Below are positions 12,363 through 25,100 of a stretch of DNA of 64,000 nt, in pieces. This DNA comes from Podospora anserina (lineage: Eukaryota): the NCBI GenBank assembly GCA_017654855.1, contig CM030335.1, positions 2,666,001-2,730,000 on the forward strand, given 5' to 3'. The notes under the pieces were generated by a model. It was not told the origin of the DNA. It saw nothing but the letters and a program-made list of their open reading frames with translations, and made no database searches. A program made the translations under genes and the position numbers. Every line of letters begins with the position of its first letter. Positions within the stretch are counted from its first letter, which is position 1.

Positions 12363-14027
12363 TCAACAGAACCCTCTCGGATCGAAAAGCGTCCTACTAT
12401 ACGTCGGCATCATGTACTGCGGTCTTGCCGTCGCGTTCAAAAGTTGTTCAAAGGCCTGCAACCGTCTCGAGAGCTCGCGGTGTTCCTGCACGATCTGCTT
12501 GTTTCGACGCTCGAGCCAGTGTATGTACTCGGTTGCTTTAGTCAGGACCGCACCCTACAAGCAGTATTGGTTAGTTTTATTGGTAGGAGCTTGATCATGG
12601 TCGATATTAAACCCACCTTGCTGACTTTAGGCGCCCTCGACGGCTGATTCGGGTCCTCCCCTTCCTCATTTTCAGGTATCGTCCTCAGCGATGGAACAGC
12701 ATCTCTCAACTCCGAGATCTTATCCTTCAAATTCGTCCGGTATTTCCTCTCGATATCGTTATGCGCCGTCCGGTCCCCTCCTGCCGCCTTGACCTTCTCC
12801 TTGGCCTTGCTGTCACTGACACTGCCCTGTCGTTTTGGCTGGTGCAAAGATCCCGGTTTCGGGTGAGGTGTCGTCGAATGGGGCGGTGACACTGGTTTTG
12901 GGCCACCCATACCGCCACCCATCCCCATTCCCATCCCCATTCCCGTCCCCATGCCCATTCCCATTCCCATACTTCCACTGCCCGAACCCCCTGCCGTAAA
13001 AGGTGTGCTCACCCCCGGGTTCAATCCCGTAAAATTCAAGTTCAGATTCGACCCTAACCCTCCCATACTCGACCCCGGATTCATGGCAATCGCTATTAGC
13101 CTCCTCTGCTCCGCCTCGTTCAAAGCCTGATTGTTAAGACCAATCAAAGAGTCCATGCGCAGGCCCGGCTGCGGTCGTTCCCAGCTAAGCGGCGTCGAGT
13201 AGAGCCCTTCCCGCGGCGGAACCTCGGGTGGTGGCGCAGATTCGATCATGGACATGTGGTCGGCAAGATTAATCGAAGAAAACCCGTCATCGTCGTCGTC
13301 GTCATCCGAGAGAGCATTGTCCAACGCGCTGTCGTCCATCATCTCCTCGTGTTTTAGCCTACCCCCCGCATGCGCAGTGTTTCTGGAACTATTCGTGTCA
13401 GTCACTGTACCCTGCCTGCTATTGCGCCCATCCAACCGACACTCACCTCCGCTTTACAGGTGGTCTTAGTTCTCCCTCACGTCTAGAAGCCTCAACGCCC
13501 TCGGGAATACTGGCCAGCCCCTCATCCTTGTCGAAATCCAGCCAGTAATCCACAGAATCTAGCGGCGTTGCGTCCATACTGAGCCTTGACCGTTTCCGCT
13601 CGTGGGCGTCCCTCCGCACGCCTCGTGCTGGCAATACTGGCCGCGGCTGCCTGCTGTGGGCTGAAGCTTGGGATGCGGAAGAAATGCCTGGCGGGATACT
13701 GTTGAAGCCGGTGAGCGAGGAGGGCTGGGCGATGGAATCCAGTGACGGAGGGGTTGGTGCTGTGGAAGGTGACATAGAAATGCCACCATCCAGGCCCATA
13801 CCGGTGGTGTTCCATATTGGTGGTGCCTGAGCCGAGGTGCTGGTCATGAATGGCTGGTCGACCGGGTTGACCGTCTGAATCCATGTGTCAGCAAGAGAGA
13901 GCCAAGGGCCCACCAGGTCAGGTCCAGAAGGAGTGATGAGCAAAGTGTCTTGTGTGTGCTCATAAAGTCATACCTGGTTATTGGGCATCGAGAAGAACTC
14001 GAGATGTCTTAGCGGGTCCGAGTCCAT
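12363..14027 (-). CDS. SREBP-family bHLH-Zip transcription factor without a transmembrane domain (SrbB/Hms1-like); 4 exons
   Basis: Basic region AHNDIERKYRTNLKDKISELRDAVP carries the SREBP-diagnostic Tyr; helix 2/zipper is GAVLTKATEYIHWLERRN. Introns about 13875-13973, 13389-13446 and 12555-12616. Ends DPRGFC*. Confidence 0.8.
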
Positions 14028-16737
14028 GGTTGCGTGTGCATGCCGTTTGGGGTGGCCGATGAGAGAAAAGGGGTAAAGTCGCCGGGACGGGATCCAGGTG
14101 GTGTTGAAACTTTTCGTCCAGAAGTTCAACGGTTTTTTTTGGTGGGGATTTGTTTGGCAGAAATGGGGTCTTGTCCGTCAAGTGATGGCAAGGCCGAAAG
14201 GTCTACCCAAATCGAGAGACGAGAGGCGTCTTACTCCAAGCCTCGTTTCGGTCTTGGTATTGTCTGGCCTCCAGACGAACAACGGGATGCTTGCAGGTGC
14301 ACAGTTCAGACTTTGGCGATCTGTGCCAAGACCGAATTGAGTGGCAAAGTTGCTGGATTGGGTTGAAAAGGTTGCTTTGCTTTGGACGAGTTCAAGAAGG
14401 GTGCGCAGGCGCCGACAGAATGAGTTGGTTGAAATCACCGGTGAGGTAAGTGACTGAGTGACTGAGTGTGAATGTGAGTGTGAGTGTGTTGTGTAATCGA
14501 GCGCGGGGGCTGGCTTGGATGCTTGAGGCGCGGCGGGTGGTTTCCGAGGAGAAGATCAGCAGCCACAGAGACGCAGCAGTGGGTAGATGTTCATGAGCTG
14601 GCGGTTGAACACAGCAGCGGACGACGGTGAGGGTCGGAGTCGGGTGCCGATAGTCACGAGATGTAGTAAGACCACGAACACTGACGGATATGGCAGCACC
14701 TAGCCAAGGGCTGTTGGAGCTACCACAAGATGGCAAATACAGGTAGGTTGAATTAAGAGGTCCCAGTCGGAGGTTCTAGGGAAATGCAGGGTGGCGAACA
14801 GCGAACTATTATCGTGGGACAAATGCTGCAATGCAAGTAGCCGTGTTGCGAGCAGTCCGGAAAGGGTTCCCAACAGGGGAATAGGAGTGATAAAGAAGAA
14901 GACAGGAAAAAAAGTACACAACGAAGGTGACGGTCGAGTCGACACCGGCAAGGTCTAGTATTACTTTAGCGGCGATAACGAGTGAAAAGGGGGGCTATTG
15001 CGCCTATGGCGTCGAGTCCTTCGAGATCCGTATTCGAGCGTAGTGCCTCTGTGTACCTGGCCCGGAAGGTATCGCTCCAGATGCGGTTTATGGAGGCCGG
15101 TAGCTGACGAGCGGGAGGTGATGTTGTCGGGCTGTATGTGTGAGAGAGCTATGTACAGGAAGTGTACTAGAAACAGACAGAGAGAGCGCGGGAAGTCGGA
15201 AGCGGGCTCGAGGAGAATATGGGAGGTACCTAGGGCCCTTGTCGAGTAGTGTCGAAGAGCAGCATCAGGAAGACTGAATGTCGGTCCAGTGGCAGAATCT
15301 CCTTTCCTATTAGAGCCAGACAGGGGCGGGCTGACAGTAACGGACGACTTTGCAGGAAGACGATCTCGGTCTCGGCAACTGGCAGCAACGGCCAGAGAGG
15401 GTAAAAATGGATGGTGGTGTTGTTGAGCCGGGCCGAAGATACACACAGACAGATGGACACCAGAGGGAGGCTGTAACTTTTTTTTGCTGGTAGCGTGGCG
15501 GCGGGATAACGTGTGGGAGGTGGGTAAAATCAGTGATCACAAGCAACAAACACTCCTCGTGAAGTGAGTGAAACTGCAAATGGCTTCTTGGGGCCTGGGA
15601 TCGTTGAAGATCTCGATGGGTGTGGCACCCTGGTATTCCAGGAGGTCGCTAGGAGTTGCTGCTAGAAGCCGATTGGGCTGCTGGATCTCTGTTGCTGTCG
15701 AGATGGCCTGACTTTTGGGCTTGGGAAATTCACTCAGACACTTTACGGATTCTCTGGGGAGCTTTGGGAAGGCGGCCAGAGGCCAATCGGGGGATTGGAG
15801 CTCTGACGCAGACTCTTTTGATTTGGGCTGATTTGAGAGCAGAATCATGCCACTTTTTGTCTTGGAGAAGGCTGCGGGTGCGTGCTTCTCCACCAGCCAA
15901 GCCGGCAGTAGCTCGATCAGCGCCGTGCTGTGATTGGCTGCAACCCCTCTGCTGGGTGTCAGCCTTACCTACGACAAAAGGTTCTGATGGGGTCTGGACC
16001 CTGATATTGACAACTCCAAGGAACATGGCTGGATGTTCTGGTCCCGCCTGGACCTGCGCCGGGCTATGGATTTTCCTAATCTAAATGCAAGGACTGCCAC
16101 ATCACGAATAACGATATTCTCGAAGTCATGGAAGCATCGGATGCCACTTGATATATATATATATATTTGTCTGAGGTGTTGAAGCGGTCAAGGTTGCGTT
16201 GCATGTTTGTTACTCAGCGGCGAGAAGAAAAGCAAAGACCTCTTAGCTAGGTAAGTAAAGTCGGGCGATTCGGCAGCCTGATGGAAACAGGGAGCCGCAA
16301 TTGCCGTGCCATTTCGTTCCATTTGCGTCGCGGAGCTATTAAAGCGTGGATTTGATATTTATACATCAAAACCAGCCAACCTGGTAAGGTCGGCCCGGCC
16401 CGCTGACATTTCCAAAGCCATTGTCGTCAAAATGGACGGCAAAGCGTGTGGTTGTTGACAGCTTCATCCTATACCCTAACCCTGAAAATAGCACATGGTG
16501 GGGTGGGGTCCCCCACAAGAAGCACATGCCAAGATTGATGATCGATCGTGGGGCTGCCTGGTTGCCCTGATGCACTGGACAACCTCAAAGCTTACGACTC
16601 CTCTTTTGGGAAACCTTTCACAAAAAACACAGATACTCATCCGTTTGCTCGTTACTGAGCCGCCACTCCGCTTTGTCCATCATCTCTGACAACAAATAGC
16701 CAAAGGGCGGAGAACAGCAACCGATATCTTAGCCAAC

Positions 16738-17249
16738 ATGGCATCCTCACCTTCACCCTCCCGCCCGACAGCGGACGACACCAATACATCACCACCGGCA
16801 TCCCCTGTTTTGGAAGGTCGTGACTCTCCGGATCTGCCCCTTACCATGACAGCATCCACAGTTCTAATGACCCTGCCCCGTGATGCCACAACTGCCCTCG
16901 CCGCTGCCGGAGCCTTCCCTCAGGAGAAAGTCATCGTGCGTTTCCGGCCTGTCGGAGCAGCCCCGGCCGTACCTCGAGAGCAGGTCAAGGTTTCCAGCAG
17001 CTACAAGTTTGAGAGTGTTGTAGCCCATCTGAGGAGATCTCTCAAGGTCAGGGATACAGACAGTGTGTTTCTCTACATTAACAGCACCTTTGCCCCGTCA
17101 CTAGACGAGGTAGTGGGCAACCTATGGAGGGTAAGCGATACTCGACTTGTACTGACATGACACTTTGCTAACACTACGGGCTGCAGTGCTTCAAAGACTC
17201 GGAAAACAGACTGAATGTGTCCTACTCGATTACTCCTGCGTTTGGATAG
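16738..17249 (+). CDS. ATG12: Autophagy ubiquitin-like protein Atg12
   Basis: [50 protein letters not shown] with the terminal Gly. Intron 17131-17186. Confidence 0.93.
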
Positions 17250-17537
17250 TAAGTCAACCATGCTGGCATGACCGAAACCGCGACAAAGTTATGTGTCCCA
17301 GTCAAAAGCATGAAGCTATTATCCTTGAGTATTATTTGAAGAGTCCTTTGATGAAACGCACCAAAGGCATCCTAACTACCTATCAACACAACATGGTATC
17401 CGCCAAAATGCAATCAAATGGCCAAACAGAAAACCAGTTACCGCCAATGCATACAATAAACCACAACGCTGAACCCAAGTGCAAAAGGGACAACCACGCC
17501 ATGCGAAGCATCCAACACCCCCAAATCCCAATATTCT

Positions 17538-18658
17538 TTACACATCCTTGACCGTCTCCGCGAACGCCTCGAGCTCATCCTTTGGAATCGGGTACGTGTG
17601 CTCAGGGGCAGGATATTGCCGACTCTTGACCTCGTCTCGATAAGTCTCAATGGCCCGGAGACTCTCTGACCAGACATCGCCATACTTCTTGACAAACTTG
17701 GGGAGGAACCTTCCAGGGGGAAAGTTGCCCGTCATGTCGACCTGCACAAGCACCTGACCAGAGCAGCCGTTTCCAGCACCAATGCCAATAGTTGGAACAG
17801 AGAGCTTCTCAGTGATGATGGATGCCACCTCGGCAGGGACTGCCTCCAGGACCATGGCAAAGCACCCGGCTTCTTGAATGGCGAGTGCATCTTCCAGCAC
17901 CTTCATAGCACCGTCAGACGTTTTGCCTTGGACTCTGAAACCACCCAGGGCATTCTGCCGTTGAGGAGTGAGGCCTACATGGCCAAGTACTGGAATGCCG
18001 GCTCTGGTGATTTTGGCAATGGTGGGAGCCATCTCTTTGCCGCCTTCAAGCTTGATGCCTTGCATGCGGCCCTCTTTGACAAACCGGATGGCTGTCTCAA
18101 GAGCCTGTTCCGGGGCGATCTCGTATGAGCCCATGGGAAGGTCACCAATCTAGGAGGAATGTCAGTCAGTCTATTGCAGAGTAGAGGGGACCAGAATAGA
18201 ACACATACAGTAAAGGCAGCTCGGGTGGCACGTGCAACGGATCGACAGTGTAACAGCATCTCTTCCAGAAGAACCTCTGATGTATCTTCCATGCCGAGGG
18301 CCACCATGGCAAGGCTGTCGCCGACGAGGACCATGTCCATGCCGGCGGCATCTGCCACATGGGCACTGGGGAAGTCATGGGCAGTGATCATGGTGATAGG
18401 CTCACCCCTCTTGTGCATGGCTCGGAGGGTACCGATGGTGACCTTTTTGCGGGGGTTGGTGGGTGGCGTGCCCATGGGGGAGTGGGAGCTGCTTCTAGTT
18501 TGCTGATTTGATGCATGATTTTGGCGGAATACAGAGGCAAAGGGTGTTGTGGTGTTGAGTGTTGATGTTGTTGATAGTGTTGTTGGTGGTGGTCGTGTGC
18601 CCCTGGAAAGGGTAGCGCACGACCTCCGAGCAACTGAGGACAGTGATGATAGGTACAT
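17538..18658 (-). CDS. panB: 3-methyl-2-oxobutanoate hydroxymethyltransferase (ketopantoate hydroxymethyltransferase), mitochondrial
   Basis: Motifs ITMITAHD, LVGDSLAMVALG, GDLPMGSYE, IKLEGG, GHVGLTPQ, TIGIGAGNGCSGQVLV. Intron 18150-18208. Arg/Ser/Thr-rich presequence. Confidence 0.95.
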
Positions 18659-20330
18659 AGGGTGTACTTGTTGTCACTGAAGAGGTGTGTGTGTGCGTGT
18701 GCGTCTTGCTGCACGGTGACGTCTTGTTTCAAAGTGGAAAAAAGTGGTGGTTGTTTCTCAGCTCTCTTTTTTCCTCTGCAAAGAACAGAAAGAGAAGAGT
18801 TTTTGGGAATCTGAAAATGAGCATGGTTGGGGCGAATTCGCGCAGTTTTTAATCAGCAGGGTCATGATGGTTTTTGCTGCGTACAATTGAGTATCTCTCT
18901 TGAATCCGCTGGAGTTTTGTTTGTTGCGGCGCCCCTCCACCCAGAGGCCCAGTAAAACTACAGGGCGGGTTTCTTACCCCGAAAAAAGGTTGAGGCCGGC
19001 TCTTTGCAAGCGGTTCGGGCGATCGGGGTGGAACATGATTGGTCATGAACGGTGAGCTGGAACTGGGGCCGCTGGAGCCGAGGCAGTGGTTTCGCCGAGT
19101 GCTTTTCCATCAGACATCTTTCAACACTTCCATGCATCCATCAGCTGAAGTGGCAGCCTTGTTATTGATTGTGTTATCTACTCTCAGCCTTGGGGCCATT
19201 GTGGTTGCTTTGGTGTCAGATGTACTTTTGATATTGAGTCTTTTAATAAGACTATGTTGTGAGCGGAGTTCAAAGATTTCTTACCCCTCCAACATTTTGG
19301 ACTTGCAACAGCAAAGCCAGAAAACCGGAGCCAAGCCGTCGATTTGCATGCCCGATTCCGGGTCAGCTCTGAGGATCAAATGTTACCGGCCAGGCACGCG
19401 TGACTCCTCCGCCTTTGCCATTGCCGTTCGCCCTCAGCTACCGCCCATTGGGCTATGGTGTCGTATGCCCATCTACAAAAGGTGAGGAGATGGCTGTTCC
19501 CTACCCCGCTTCGCTGTACTTGTCTGTTTAACTCCGCGGGGACTACCCGGCAGGCCCGGGTTGCTTTAAAGTGGTCTCCTTGACAAGATATCGGTATACA
19601 AGAGATCAAAGCCTGGATATTCTGTATGTTGGAGACTTGACTGTCAGTCCGGATTAAGGGGCCCGTTGAAAGAAGACAAAGGCGTGCCTGAGACCTGACC
19701 GCCATCGGGCCAACATCAACTCTCCCAAATGCTTGGGCCCTCCAATCGCATGGCGTCATCTGTCTCCACCGATCACTGACACATCATCGAACACTCATGA
19801 ATGTCCATTCATACATCCAAATGGAATCCAGGAACAAGAGAGATCGGCAATATCGGGCAGTTGGGTTGTTGATTACAAAATTGGCGTGATGGCCTAAAAG
19901 CCAACCATTGCGGGATACTCTTGGTTTTGGCTTCTCCTGTACTTGGGTGGCCTCATCGAATCTCTCTCTCTCTCGGAGCAACTGGCAATTGTCCGAGCGG
20001 CTGGAAGAGGCCCAGAGCGGGCGGGCAACGCATCCACCTTGAGGCTGCTGCAGGCGGGTGACTTCCACTGTCTGACGTCGTGACCTTTGAAAGGGACTAC
20101 CACCTCATGAAGCAATCATTTCCCTTCCCCTTTTGCCCCCTTTCCAATAAAATCGCAAGCCCTTCAACGCCTCTCTCTGTAACTGCATAAAACGGCACCT
20201 AATAAAGGCAGAAACAAGAAGCCGCCATTCAGGTACAACACATCAAACAACCACAGATAAAAGACCCCCCATTCCCCGCATCCCGCATTAACACTACGTG
20301 CCACACCCACCGCTGCTAGTACACCATAAG

Positions 20331-20372
20331 ACCACCACCACCACCACCACCACCACCACCACCACCACCACC
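20331..20372. repeat. (ACC)14 microsatellite upstream of UBC8
   Basis: Perfect trinucleotide run. Confidence 0.95.
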
Positions 20373-20746
20373 CAGCTGAGTCAACCGATCCGATCGTCGA
20401 CACCTAATAGCAGCAGCCCTCGCTCGCCTCTTTCGCAAGTGCGCCCCTGCCAACTCCAAAAAGAAAACCATCAAGGTAGGCCAGCGAAAAAAAAAACACC
20501 TGTGGGATTGATCTCCTCCTTTTACGCCATACCTATCCTGCTGTGGCTCTGCTTGCTACTTACTACATCCTCTCTTCCTTTCCTAACACCGATCCCTCAA
20601 ACCTCGAACGCCCTGCCAGTTGCCACCCGCTAACTCAAACTCCTCGATTTTGACAAGACCGACGCCGAAAACTCCACGCGGGCGTGTCCCTTTGAAAGCC
20701 ACACCATCCCAAACGACTGGTAACGTAGCGATCCAAGTCGGCAAAG

Positions 20747-21786
20747 ATGGCTTCCCCGCGTCGCCGCATCGAGACAGATGTCATGAAGCTGTACGTCTAC
20801 CTGCGAGGGAGGGTGATAAAAAACCAAGACTGATGGGAAATGGGTCGATAGGTTCATGAGCGATTACGAGGTCACCTTGGTCAATGATAATAGTACGTAT
20901 ACATACATATACCCGACAGCGTGGGGCAAGGGGCTTGATGCGGTGGGATGCTAACAGGTTATGCTTAATTTGCAGTGTAAGTCAAGCTCGACGCCACGAC
21001 GATGGCTACAGCGGCCCGATACTCCACACGGTGCGATGGTTTGCAAGATGGGAACCTTCATGACTGATGCGAGTGGTGGGAACGATAGGCAGGAGTTTTA
21101 CGTGCGGTTCAAGGGGCCTACTGAGAGTATGTGATATCTGCTCGATAAAAGAGGTGGGATAGCTAACCCGGTGCAGCTCCCTTCGAAGGTGGTGTCTGGA
21201 AGGTTCATGTCGAGCTCCCTGATCAGTACCCGTATAAGTCGCCGAGTATTGGGTTCGTGAACAGGATTTTTCACCCTAATATTGATGAGCTGTAAGTTTG
21301 ACCACACGGAAGCATATAGGCAAGATTGGAATGAGAGGCTAACGACTGGGGGATTATAGGTCTGGATCGGTCTGCCTCGACGTCATCAACCAAACCTGGT
21401 CGCCCATGTTCGACATGATCAATATTTTCGAAGTCTTCCTCCCGCAGCTGCTGCGCTACCCGAACCCGACGGATCCGCTGAATGGGGAGGCGGCGGCGCT
21501 GTTGATGAGGGAGCCGAAAAGTTATGATATCAAGGTCAAGGGTGAGTAGCCTTCTGCTCTCTTTTTACGGTCACTCGCTTTTACCGGAATCCTCGGGTCG
21601 TAAATGGACAAGTACAAAATTGCTGACGATATCCCAATGACAGAGTACGTCCAGAAATACGCCAGCAAAGAAGCAGCCGACGATGCCGGCGCCGAAAGCG
21701 AAGACGACGACGATCTGTCCTCGGTGGCGAGTTTCGACGACGACGATGAGGAACAGCAGCCAGCTGGTAAGATGGATGATGTATAG
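20747..21786 (+). CDS. UBC8: Ubiquitin-conjugating enzyme E2, Ubc8/UBE2H; 7 exons including a 1-nt exon at 20976
   Basis: Spliced translation [108 protein letters not shown] plus an acidic tail. Exons 20747-20790, 20852-20892, 20976, 21089-21126, 21177-21291, 21360-21541, 21644-21786. Largely missed by the ORF track. Confidence 0.93.
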
Positions 21787-22417
21787 GGTTGGATTTGTCG
21801 TTTGTTTCCGAGGGGTACTCCAGCGGTGTGTTGAATGCTTTTTCGTCTTGACCAAATCATGGATGGACTACAGGTATGGGTGGATAAGGGAGTTGCAATG
21901 GCTTGGTACGGTACTAAGGGTTTTCTAACGGTTCTGGTTCCTGGTTTTGATATCCATTATTTTTCTTTTCTTGGAGGTTGATGCACACTCGGAGGCTGTG
22001 AATGTGTTGTTTGGTTTGCTTGGCTCCGGACTCCCGGCAACAAAGGGTTTGAGGTTGGCTTGTGTGAGAAACAGTCAGACTGTGAACCTGACTGCACACA
22101 GTTTAGGCGACTTCACTATATATGTTCAGGAGCAAGGTTATAGAGCAACTTTTACAACGACTGCTAGTGTTGTAGAGTAAGGCAGCAGCTACAGATCTGG
22201 AGCAAGCTGCAGCCAGCCAATCAGCGCCGATAAGACAGAGTACGACTTGACTAATAGTATCCCAAGTTGTAGTTGTAGTTGCAGTTGTAGTCAAAGCCAC
22301 TAGGTACCGACAAATGGGGAAAGCGAAAAACAATCAATCTTTTCATGAGTATGGGGTATAATCGCTATGCTTTGCAAATAAAACAAAATGCAAACCTTTT
22401 CCGCGTCCCTCCGGGAG

Positions 22418-23542
22418 TTAAGCCGAGTCAGAGTCGTAACTCACGAGTAGAGCACGCTGCCCTGCAGGTGCTGTCGGCTTAAGCTCCCCTTTGCCACCTC
22501 CAGCGAGGGTATCTTCTGGCTGCGTCGGTGCCGGTGCCGGTATCGGTTTCTCACCCTCATCCTCTGCCCCCCGCTTCCTTTTCTTCAACCCAGGAAGCAA
22601 ACCACCCCCCTTGTCCCTGCTGCTTTTGTTGTCCCCAAAAGCAACCAAGAACGGGTCTTTCATCGCCCTGGTATTTGTCCTAATCTCCTCCACCAAACTC
22701 TCCCTCATCCTGTCAGCCTTAATCTCCCTCTTCAACCTCCCCTTTCCCTCCTTTTTAAGCCCCTCTTTCTTTTTCCCATCCTCAAACAACGGCCTCGCCA
22801 AAACCCTCTCCACCCCCATCCCCTCGTTCCCCTCGGACACACCCCCAAAATCAACCAATCCCGCCCTCAAGCCATCCTCCTCCCTTTCAGGAAGCAACTT
22901 GATCCTCAACCCCATCCTCTCCCTTATCCCCTCATCCCTCTCCCCCTCCCGTTCCCGCCTCTTCCTCCCCTCCCTGAACCCCGCCCTCAACCTCCTGTTG
23001 GCAGTAAACGGGTCCTCCCACAGCCTCTCATTATTATCCCGCAACTCATCTATCCTAACCGTCGCATCCCTCGCCTGCTCCCTATCCGCAATCGTCTTTT
23101 CCAGCTTCCCAAACGCCGTCTTCCTCTCCTCTTCCTTTTCCCTCTGCGTCTTGATGCTCGTCGTGACTAAATCATCAGTCGAGGTAGCGACGTTTTGTCT
23201 CCGGGCGCCCGAGAGAACGACATAGTCTGTGTTTTTGGGGTCGGTCTGGATGGTGATGGTGCCGGAGCAAGGGGGGTGGCGGAGGGTGAAGGTGTAGATT
23301 GGGGTGGTGTGGTAGGAGCCGGAGCGAGACTTGGAGGCGTTGAAGCGGACGCCTTGGGGGATGAGGGTTGGTTGGGGGCAGGTGGCGCACCAGATGGGGA
23401 AGGGCATCTCGAAGCGGACGGTGAGGAGGCCGGGTTTGGAGGCGCGGGGGCCGAGGGGATGTTTTTTGTGGAGGGGGTTGCCTGAGGTGAGGAGGCCTTC
23501 GAGGTCTGGGGGGACGTAGCGGCCCATGTTGAAGCCTTGCAT
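22418..23542 (-). CDS. CWC16/Yju2/CCDC130-family splicing factor
   Basis: MQGFNMGRYVPP..VRFEMPFPIWCATC..GVRFNA..IQTDPKNTDYVVLSGARR, followed by a coiled-coil region. Confidence 0.88.
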   Translation of the reverse strand: MQGFNMGRYVPPDLEGLLTSGNPLHKKHPLGPRASKPGLLTVRFEMPFPIWCATCPQPTLIPQGVRFNASKSRSGSYHTTPIYTFTLRHPPCSGTITIQTDPKNTDYVVLSGARRQNVATSTDDLVTTSIKTQREKEEERKTAFGKLEKTIADREQARDATVRIDELRDNNERLWEDPFTANRRLRAGFREGRKRREREGERDEGIRERMGLRIKLLPEREEDGLRAGLVDFGGVSEGNEGMGVERVLARPLFEDGKKKEGLKKEGKGRLKREIKADRMRESLVEEIRTNTRAMKDPFLVAFGDNKSSRDKGGGLLPGLKKRKRGAEDEGEKPIPAPAPTQPEDTLAGGGKGELKPTAPAGQRALLVSYDSDSA

Positions 23543-23971
23543 TTTGAAGGTGGGCGGGGGGTTGATGGGAGGGAGTAGGTGCGTAAGGGGGTTCAGGTGG
23601 GTTATTTGAGGGCGCGATGGATGGATAGGCTCGATAATTGTGTTAGTTGACGGTTGAATACTCAAGATGGTCAGCGCGCTCGACGGTGGGCGATCGCGCC
23701 GTGATCAAAGGTTGAGGTTTCGTCCATGTTGAGGAGCGCGGAAGTTTAGCGAGTGACGCAGCTAACAGACCCCTGACACCCAGTTGCCGGCCGGGGTGCA
23801 TAGGTGGCGTTCTTAGTGGGCTTCTAGCGTAGATATGTCTTGGCATAGAATACTTATGTTAACTTTCCCTAACCCTTTGTCTGTAGTGTATTCGACATCT
23901 TCAACATTGGTGTCTCGACCAAATTTGAATTTCCTGAGTTGCTATATAACGTCGGGTGTCCAGCTTGTTTC

Positions 23972-24223
23972 TCAATCACCACCCTCTCCGTCTCCTCCAC
24001 CCCCACTATATCCTCCACCCCAACCGGATCCTCCATCAGGCCATGAACCACGGAATTTGACTTTCTGGGACTTGACCTCGAGATTGCCAGGAACGGAATG
24101 GTGGATGGCGACGGTGTTGTCCGAGTCGGGGTGGTGGTTGGCGTTGCTGTTTGAGTTTTTGTTTTCCTTGTCAAAGCTCATTTCGGATACCGACCGGGAC
24201 AACTTTGACAGGATTTTACCCAT
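23972..24223 (-). CDS. Hypothetical 83-aa protein with an N-myristoylation-like start and a Gly-rich tail
   Basis: MGKILSKLS fits MGxxxS; the ORF ends GGSGWGGGYSGGGGDGEGGD. No family recognised. Confidence 0.3.
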   Translation of the reverse strand: MGKILSKLSRSVSEMSFDKENKNSNSNANHHPDSDNTVAIHHSVPGNLEVKSQKVKFRGSWPDGGSGWGGGYSGGGGDGEGGD

Positions 24224-25100
24224 CTTAGGTCTCGAAGGTGAGGTTGGTATTGTGCAAGAGGTTTGATAGAAGTGAGGCGAGCTTGGCCAAAACCAACAGG
24301 TTCTCTGGCAAGTGAAGGCTCCCTTATCATTGTATTTCCTGCCCTGGAACATGTGCCATCAAGTTTTGAATGAGGTATCTCTTACTGACATGGGATGGCT
24401 GAGTTCGTCTGCACTGGGCACTGTCATGAGCTTCCATGCTTGAGCTTCTGTGAGACCTCAACTCACACACACCACGCGACTTAAGCTAACCGGATGACAC
24501 AGCCAGTAGGATCACGTTAAGCTCTTAAAACAATGATTTGAGCTTTCATCCGGATCTGCTGTAGTTCATGACGCATAGCCAATACGGGCGTTCCCTTTCC
24601 ATATTGATGTACCTTGCATGGCTCCTTCCCCGCAGCGGCCCTGCGACTTCTCACGTTCCTGCCTTCCCATGGGCAACCCCATCACATGTACTAGAATTAG
24701 TTGTGGAGTATCTATGAAACTTCAATTCTTTTTTCTGTTGTATGGCAGAGCTATTGATTCCTGGCAGCTTTCACCGACCATGGCAGCATCTTGGAAACCG
24801 TACCCTCATTCAACAACCAGCAATCTCTCTACATCGACGAGATGTACCAAAACACCCCAAATCGGCATGGTAACAGTCCTTATGCTTAACCAGCTGCCTA
24901 AACGTTCGGTACCTATTTTATACCCGGCGATGGGCCATCCCGCTGTTTACCCCCTTTATCCGGCAATCCCACGTTGATCTCCTCCACGTGCGGGGCCCAA
25001 CTACCAGGTTGCTGGTGACGACTCGGGTACATATTGACCATGTATCGTCTTTGGCATGAGACATTTCTCAGAGAGATGGACAACGTTGAAGTTGGTTACC

